Shown piece after piece: positions 7,065 to 10,915 of a stretch of DNA of 10,915 bases (the first letter of the stretch is position 1; each line of letters opens with the position of its first letter). The notes beneath the pieces are model-generated. The model was given only the letters and a program-made list of their open reading frames with translations. It was not told where the DNA came from and did not search any database. Source of the DNA: Candidatus Helarchaeota archaeon (GTDB taxonomy: Archaea; Asgardarchaeota; Lokiarchaeia; Helarchaeales; RDOG01); the NCBI GenBank assembly GCA_029838215.1, contig JALGVI010000090.1, forward strand, positions 1 through 10,915, given 5' to 3'. The position numbers were made by a program, and so were the translations under genes.

Positions 7065-7128
7065 ATTTTTTCAAGGCATACTTTAGCATGTCAAACCAGA
7101 ACATTTTCTGCGAGCAGGCGGCAAACCC

Positions 7129-7187
7129 TATATAAATTATAAGAAACGGCAGATGGAAACTTTTTTTTAACTAATTCTTGAATTAGT
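7129..7187 (+). promoter_or_regulatory. TATA-like box and perfect palindrome upstream of gpmA
   Basis: TATATAAA at 7129-7136 and ACTAATTC-TT-GAATTAGT (8-2-8 perfect inverted repeat) at 7170-7187, about 60 nt upstream of the gpmA ATG. Confidence 0.45.
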
Positions 7188-7246
7188 ATGTAACGAAAAT
7201 ATTGAGTTTTGGACATTTATTGAATAAGGAAAGGATTGTAATTATC

Positions 7247-7993
7247 ATGTTCAAGTTAGTTCTTTTACGACATGGAGAAAGCCTTTGGAACAAGGAGAAC
7301 AAGTTCACGGGTTGGTTTGATGTTGACCTGTCCGAGAAAGGCATCGAAGAAGCACGTAAGGCGGGAAAAATTCTCAAGGAAAAGGGATATACATTCGATG
7401 TTGCTTTCACGTCATTCCTGAAACGGGCAATACGGACCTTGGAAATTGTCTTGGAGGAGATGGGTTTAAAAGACATTCCCATTTATCGCTCTTGGCGATT
7501 GAATGAGAGGCACTATGGTGCGTTGCAGGGATTAAACAAATCTGAAACTGCCAAAAAATACGGGGAAGAACAAGTTTTCATCTGGCGTCGGAGTTATGAC
7601 GTGCCACCTCCTGCTTTAACCAAAGAAGATGAGCGTTATCCGGGAAATGATCCGATGTATCGTGATTTAAGCGAGGAAGACCTTCCGCTAGCCGAATGTC
7701 TTAAAGATACCGTGAAACGAACCTTACCGTATTGGAAAGAAGAAGTAGAGCCGGTCATTAAAACAGGGAAACGAGTTTTGGTTTCAGCACATGGAAACAG
7801 CCTTCGAGCAATCGTGAAGTACTTGGATGGTATATCTGATGAAGAAATCTCCCAACTGAACATTCCCACGGGGATTCCGCTGATCTATGAGCTAACGTCC
7901 GATCTCAAACCCATCAAGCATTATTACCTTGCCAGCGAAGAAGACTTACAAAGAGCCATAGAAGCCGTAAAGAAGCAAGGGAAATCCGCTTAA
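7247..7993 (+). CDS. gpmA: 2,3-bisphosphoglycerate-dependent phosphoglycerate mutase, 248 aa
   Basis: [71 protein letters not shown] and LNIPTG.P are the full dPGM signature. ATG 7247 is preferred over TTG 7202. Confidence 0.97.
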   Translation: MFKLVLLRHGESLWNKENKFTGWFDVDLSEKGIEEARKAGKILKEKGYTFDVAFTSFLKRAIRTLEIVLEEMGLKDIPIYRSWRLNERHYGALQGLNKSETAKKYGEEQVFIWRRSYDVPPPALTKEDERYPGNDPMYRDLSEEDLPLAECLKDTVKRTLPYWKEEVEPVIKTGKRVLVSAHGNSLRAIVKYLDGISDEEISQLNIPTGIPLIYELTSDLKPIKHYYLASEEDLQRAIEAVKKQGKSA

Positions 7994-8247
7994 TTTTTCA
8001 TTTCATCCTTTAATACCGCTTGAAGACAAAGGTTTTGACTTTAATTATATCTCCAAGATGCCGTTCTGCCCTTAATACAAATCTTTACATTAAATAGTGC
8101 CTGATCTTGAGTTCATTTATTTCAAAATCTGCAAATGGCTTTGAGTAGAAAAAGATTTTTCAAGCAAGTTTGATACATCCATAACAACCGATTAATGATA
8201 TTTGTTTTTTCAATATAGAAGATTAAAATTAATTGGAGATTTTAGCG

Positions 8248-8637
8248 ATGGTTAAATATTTCTCTCCTGAATGGGGTGTCGAATTTTGCAAGGCCATTAA
8301 TTCTAATGAGAAATACCAAAAAGCTGCTGCTACTTGGGAAGGTGATTTCATTTTCGTTTCCACGTCTGATGAAGGTGACATACACCTTTACATGGATCTT
8401 TGGCATGGCGAATGCCGAGGAACCAAAAAAGTTGGTCCCGATGACACCGCCGAATTTGTCATAACAGGTCCGTATGAGCAGTGGGTAAAAGTGGCAAAGA
8501 AAGAGGCTGATCCCATTCAGTTAATGATGGTCGGCGAGCTCAAGCTCGAAGGCGACATGACGAAGATCATGCGTGCCACCAAAGCAGCCGTAGAATTGGT
8601 AAATTCAATTTCAATGGTTGAAGGCACAGAATTCTAA
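8248..8637 (+). CDS. SCP2 (sterol carrier protein-2-like) lipid-binding domain protein, 129 aa
   Basis: KYFSPEW...AIN.NE.Y.KAAATWEG.F, LDLWHGECR-like segment, F.ITGPY..W, and ADPIQLMMVGELKLEGDMTKIM (the SCP2 C-terminal pattern of type DP..A.M.GKLK..GD). GGAGA at 8235-8239 precedes ATG 8248. Confidence 0.8.
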   Translation: MVKYFSPEWGVEFCKAINSNEKYQKAAATWEGDFIFVSTSDEGDIHLYMDLWHGECRGTKKVGPDDTAEFVITGPYEQWVKVAKKEADPIQLMMVGELKLEGDMTKIMRATKAAVELVNSISMVEGTEF

Positions 8638-8645
8638 ATCATTCC

Positions 8646-8659
8646 TTTTTTTTCTTTTT
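8646..8659 (+). terminator. Oligo-T tract, archaeal-type terminator candidate
   Basis: T8-C-T5 within about 10 nt after the stop at 8637. Confidence 0.45.
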
Positions 8660-8779
8660 GATTATTGACCGATGGTGTTTTTGTTTATTCATGCAAAATT
8701 ATTAAATCCAACATGACATATTTCCTTCTGGTATTCAAATTTTAATGAATGGTTACCAATAAAGAAAGGTGGAAATTAA

Positions 8780-9958
8780 ATGTGGTTTTTCTCTTGTCCA
8801 AAGAAAATAGTTTTTGGACCGAACTCATTGAATTATTTAAATCAATTGAACATGAAAAAAGTCTTCATCGTCACGGATAAAATGGTTGTCGAGCTCGGAT
8901 TTGCCGAATTAGTCACGAAAGGTCTTGATAAGCGCAAGATAGAATATCAAATTTATGATGGATGTGAGCCGGATGCTCCACTCCAAACCGTTAAAGAAGG
9001 TGCAAAAAAGTGCGCCGATTTCAAGCCCGATACTATCATCGGGTTAGGGGGAGGGTCATCCATGGATACTGCTAAAGTCATTTACTTTCTCTATGAAAGG
9101 CCCGAGGAAAAAATTCAAGATCTCACGGCATTTAGAACGGATATTGAGTTAGGTAAAAAGGCACGCTTCATACTCATCCCTACCACTTCTGGTACGGGGG
9201 CAGAAGTTACATGGGCTGCAATCCTTTCCGATCCTGCCGAAGATCGCAAGTTGCTTCAAAGCTCTCGTGAATTAATCCCTGAAATTGCCATTTGTGATCC
9301 TGCATTACCCGCAAACATGCCGAAAAAATTGACAATGGGAACGGGACTGGATGTTCTCGTTCATGCCATCGAGGGTTATACGAGCGGTTTCAAGAATATT
9401 TATTCGGATATAACGTGCATTGGAGCCGTCCGTCTAGTGTTGGAAAATTTGGAAAAAGCAGTAAATGATCCTGATAATGCAGCTCGTGATAACATGCATA
9501 ATGCCGCCACGATAGCTGGGCTGGGCTTTGGAAACTCACAAGCAGGAGCTTGCCATGCGATCGGTCATACTTTAGGTGCGTTCTTTCACAAGCATCACGG
9601 GGCATGTGTCGGTCTTGCCCTCCCATACATGATGCAGTACAATTCCAATAACGATGAAAATATCACGAAACAATACGCCGAGCTGGCCCGGCGAGCCGCA
9701 GATATTTGGGAAAAAGATGACAAAAAGGCATGTACCCTTTTAATCAAGCGAATCAAGGATCTCATTGCAAACATCGATGGACCGCGCACGCTTCAAGATC
9801 TCGGAATCACGAAAGAGGACATTGAAAGTAATCTGGATAAAATCATCCAAATCACGGATGAAGATGCCTGCACGACTACCAATCGTCCCATTCCTGAGTC
9901 GGAAGATTACGTTAAAATCTATAAGTACATGCTCGAAGGCAAGGATGTCGATTTTTAA
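8780..9958 (+). CDS. Iron-containing alcohol dehydrogenase (butanol-DH / AdhE C-terminal-like), 392 aa
   Basis: P.KIVFG, FIVTD, EPD, GLGGGSSMDTAK (nucleotide binding), IPTTSGTGAEVT, D.A..DP, GLDVLVHAIEGY (Fe ligands D, H), CHAIGH and HHG (Fe ligands H, H). SD AGGTGG at 8767-8772. Confidence 0.95.
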   Translation: MWFFSCPKKIVFGPNSLNYLNQLNMKKVFIVTDKMVVELGFAELVTKGLDKRKIEYQIYDGCEPDAPLQTVKEGAKKCADFKPDTIIGLGGGSSMDTAKVIYFLYERPEEKIQDLTAFRTDIELGKKARFILIPTTSGTGAEVTWAAILSDPAEDRKLLQSSRELIPEIAICDPALPANMPKKLTMGTGLDVLVHAIEGYTSGFKNIYSDITCIGAVRLVLENLEKAVNDPDNAARDNMHNAATIAGLGFGNSQAGACHAIGHTLGAFFHKHHGACVGLALPYMMQYNSNNDENITKQYAELARRAADIWEKDDKKACTLLIKRIKDLIANIDGPRTLQDLGITKEDIESNLDKIIQITDEDACTTTNRPIPESEDYVKIYKYMLEGKDVDF

Positions 9959-9970
9959 ACTTAATAACTC

Positions 9971-9979
9971 TTTTTTTTT
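9971..9979 (+). terminator. Oligo-T tract after Fe-ADH
   Basis: T9 13 nt after the stop, and only about 11 nt before the next gene's start. Confidence 0.35.
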
Positions 9980-9990
9980 GGTTGATGGAC

Positions 9991-10380
9991 ATGTACAAGT
10001 ATTTATCCAAGGAGTGGTTGGAGCAGGGAAAAAATCTCGTCAATGCGAATGCTGAATTTCGGAAGATCGCAGGAAAGTTTAGCGCTTCATTTGTCCACAT
10101 AGTTTTGAACCCTCCTGATGGACAAAACCTCGATTACGTTTCGGTATTTAAGGATGGAAGGTGCATCGACGTGCATCATGGAACAATGGAAAATCCCACG
10201 TTTCGAATTACAGCCGACTACAAGGATTGGGTTTCTCTTCATCAGGGAAAGGCAAACATCATTAACCTCGTGCTAACGGGCAGGTTTTCTTTTGAAGGAA
10301 ATCTAGATGACACGATTGACTACAATCACCTGATCATTGCGATGATGAGCATCTTTCCAGAGATTCCAACTGAGTTTTAA
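9991..10380 (+). CDS. Second SCP2-like domain protein, 129 aa
   Basis: MYKYLSKEW...VNAN.EF aligns with the first paralogue's MVKYFSPEW...INSN.KY. F.ITADY.DW and ANIINLVLTGRFSFEGN match the SCP2 C-terminal pattern, and both proteins end in TEF. Start 9991 is chosen by paralogue alignment (alternatives 9982 TTG, 9985 ATG). Confidence 0.75.
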   Translation: MYKYLSKEWLEQGKNLVNANAEFRKIAGKFSASFVHIVLNPPDGQNLDYVSVFKDGRCIDVHHGTMENPTFRITADYKDWVSLHQGKANIINLVLTGRFSFEGNLDDTIDYNHLIIAMMSIFPEIPTEF

Positions 10381-10388
10381 TTTTTTTT
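10381..10388 (+). terminator. Oligo-T tract after the second SCP2 gene
   Basis: T8 immediately after the TAA stop. Confidence 0.45.
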
Positions 10389-10446
10389 CATTCGTTTCAA
10401 TGCCAGTAACTGAAATTTTTTAATGCGAGAGTTTTTTATTCTTATT

Positions 10447-10728
10447 ATGATATGTCAAAATTGTGGTAAAGAGATATTACGAGCAGGAAATTTCTGCGAG
10501 TTTTGTGGGGCTCCGTTGGAAAAACATCAAAAAATGCTCGAATTGATCTGTAAAAATTGCGGGAATGCGGATTTGGATTTTTTTCACAAGGAATATTTGA
10601 GATTGAATGATCCCAATGGTTTCAGCTTTAATTTTAACGTCTATATCTGCAAGAAATGTAAATTTGCGGAATTTTACGCGGATTTTCCACTCAATAGAGA
10701 TTTTAAGGGCGAAAAAATCAAAAAATAA
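10447..10728 (+). CDS. Small double zinc-ribbon protein, 93 aa
   Basis: Four CxxC pairs: CQNCG...FCEFCG (zinc_ribbon_2-like), then CKNCG...YICKKCKFAEFY (DUF2082/PF09855-like, ending C..C.F/Y.EFY). ATG 10447 is preferred over 10423. Confidence 0.8.
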   Translation: MICQNCGKEILRAGNFCEFCGAPLEKHQKMLELICKNCGNADLDFFHKEYLRLNDPNGFSFNFNVYICKKCKFAEFYADFPLNRDFKGEKIKK

Positions 10729-10759
10729 TCTTTTTGCAGGTAGGTTTCATTTTTTCCGT

Positions 10760-10915
10760 TCAATCTTCAAAGAAATGCTTGATGTGTCTTTCATAATCCA
10801 ATTCTTTTTCTTGGTAGTCATAAACGCGTTCCTTATCGGGTGGCTTGACTACGGTTGGATCTCCTCGTGGAATGGTCAGCACTCGAATGGCTTCTGCAAC
10901 TTCATCTTCGATGGG
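10760..10915 (-). CDS. 3' end of an unidentified protein (5'-partial)
   Basis: Not in the ORF track. Open frame from the window edge: ...PIEDEVAEAIRVLTIPRGDPTVVKPPDKERVYDYQEKELDYERHIKHFFED*, with TGA at 10762-10760. Composition is protein-like and it converges on the zinc-ribbon gene. The family is not recognised. Confidence 0.65.
   Translation of the reverse strand, partial: PIEDEVAEAIRVLTIPRGDPTVVKPPDKERVYDYQEKELDYERHIKHFFED

Noticed and set aside
6953-7135. 60-aa plus-strand ORF in the aor/gpmA intergenic region
   Set aside because: No motif or SD, and it overlaps promoter-like elements and the direct repeats; probably spurious.
8010-8160. Protein-like minus-strand frame (KIFFYSKPFADFEINELKIRHYLM*RFVLRAERHLGDIIKVKTFVFKRY*) in the gpmA/SCP2 spacer
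   Set aside because: It is interrupted by stops, has no clear start and no recognisable family. It could be a gene relic but cannot be supported.
2460-8720. Recurring CATG-centred words in intergenic regions (e.g. ACATGCT at 2464 and its reverse complement at 7085; TTCATGC near 6977 and 8688)
   Set aside because: Too short to distinguish from chance without a genome-wide enrichment test.
7183-10100. ORFs 7183-7482, 7636-7869, 8276-8464, 9390-9626, 9595-9789, 9765-10055 and 9912-10100
   Set aside because: Antisense or alternate-frame overlaps of gpmA, SCP2 and ADH with no independent coding evidence.
1-10915. CRISPR array, tRNA/rRNA, transposase, or Sec/Pyl read-through
   Set aside because: No regularly spaced repeat-spacer pattern, no cloverleaf or rRNA-like segment, no transposase motifs, and no in-frame stop interrupting a conserved domain was seen.

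Overview
The window is a gene-dense, probably archaeal segment. This is inferred from GGTGA-type Shine-Dalgarno sites, TTTAAA/TATA boxes about 25-40 nt before starts, and oligo-T tracts after genes; an Asgard-like origin is plausible but cannot be shown from the sequence alone. From left to right it holds: a partial RHH/UPF0175-like antitoxin-type gene (-, missed by the ORF track) divergent from a PIN-domain nuclease (+); an ADP-forming acyl-CoA synthetase alpha subunit (-); a Pseudomonas stutzeri-type L-rhamnose isomerase followed by a minimal HDAC-fold deacetylase (+); a tungsten/molybdenum aldehyde:ferredoxin oxidoreductase coupled to a 4x[4Fe-4S] subunit (-); a cofactor-dependent phosphoglycerate mutase, gpmA (+); an SCP2 - Fe-ADH - SCP2 cassette (+); a double zinc-ribbon protein (+); and the 3' end of an unidentified gene (-). 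The best candidate for an undescribed system is the clustering of Fe-ADH, AOR with its ferredoxin subunit, ACD and two SCP2 lipid-carrier paralogues, which could form an alcohol-aldehyde-acid-acyl-CoA route for hydrophobic substrates. A competing reading is deoxy-sugar (rhamnose/lactaldehyde) fermentation. A head-to-head PIN/UPF0175 toxin-antitoxin pair with a shared promoter and operator-like palindrome also stands out. No rRNA, tRNA, CRISPR array or transposase was seen.
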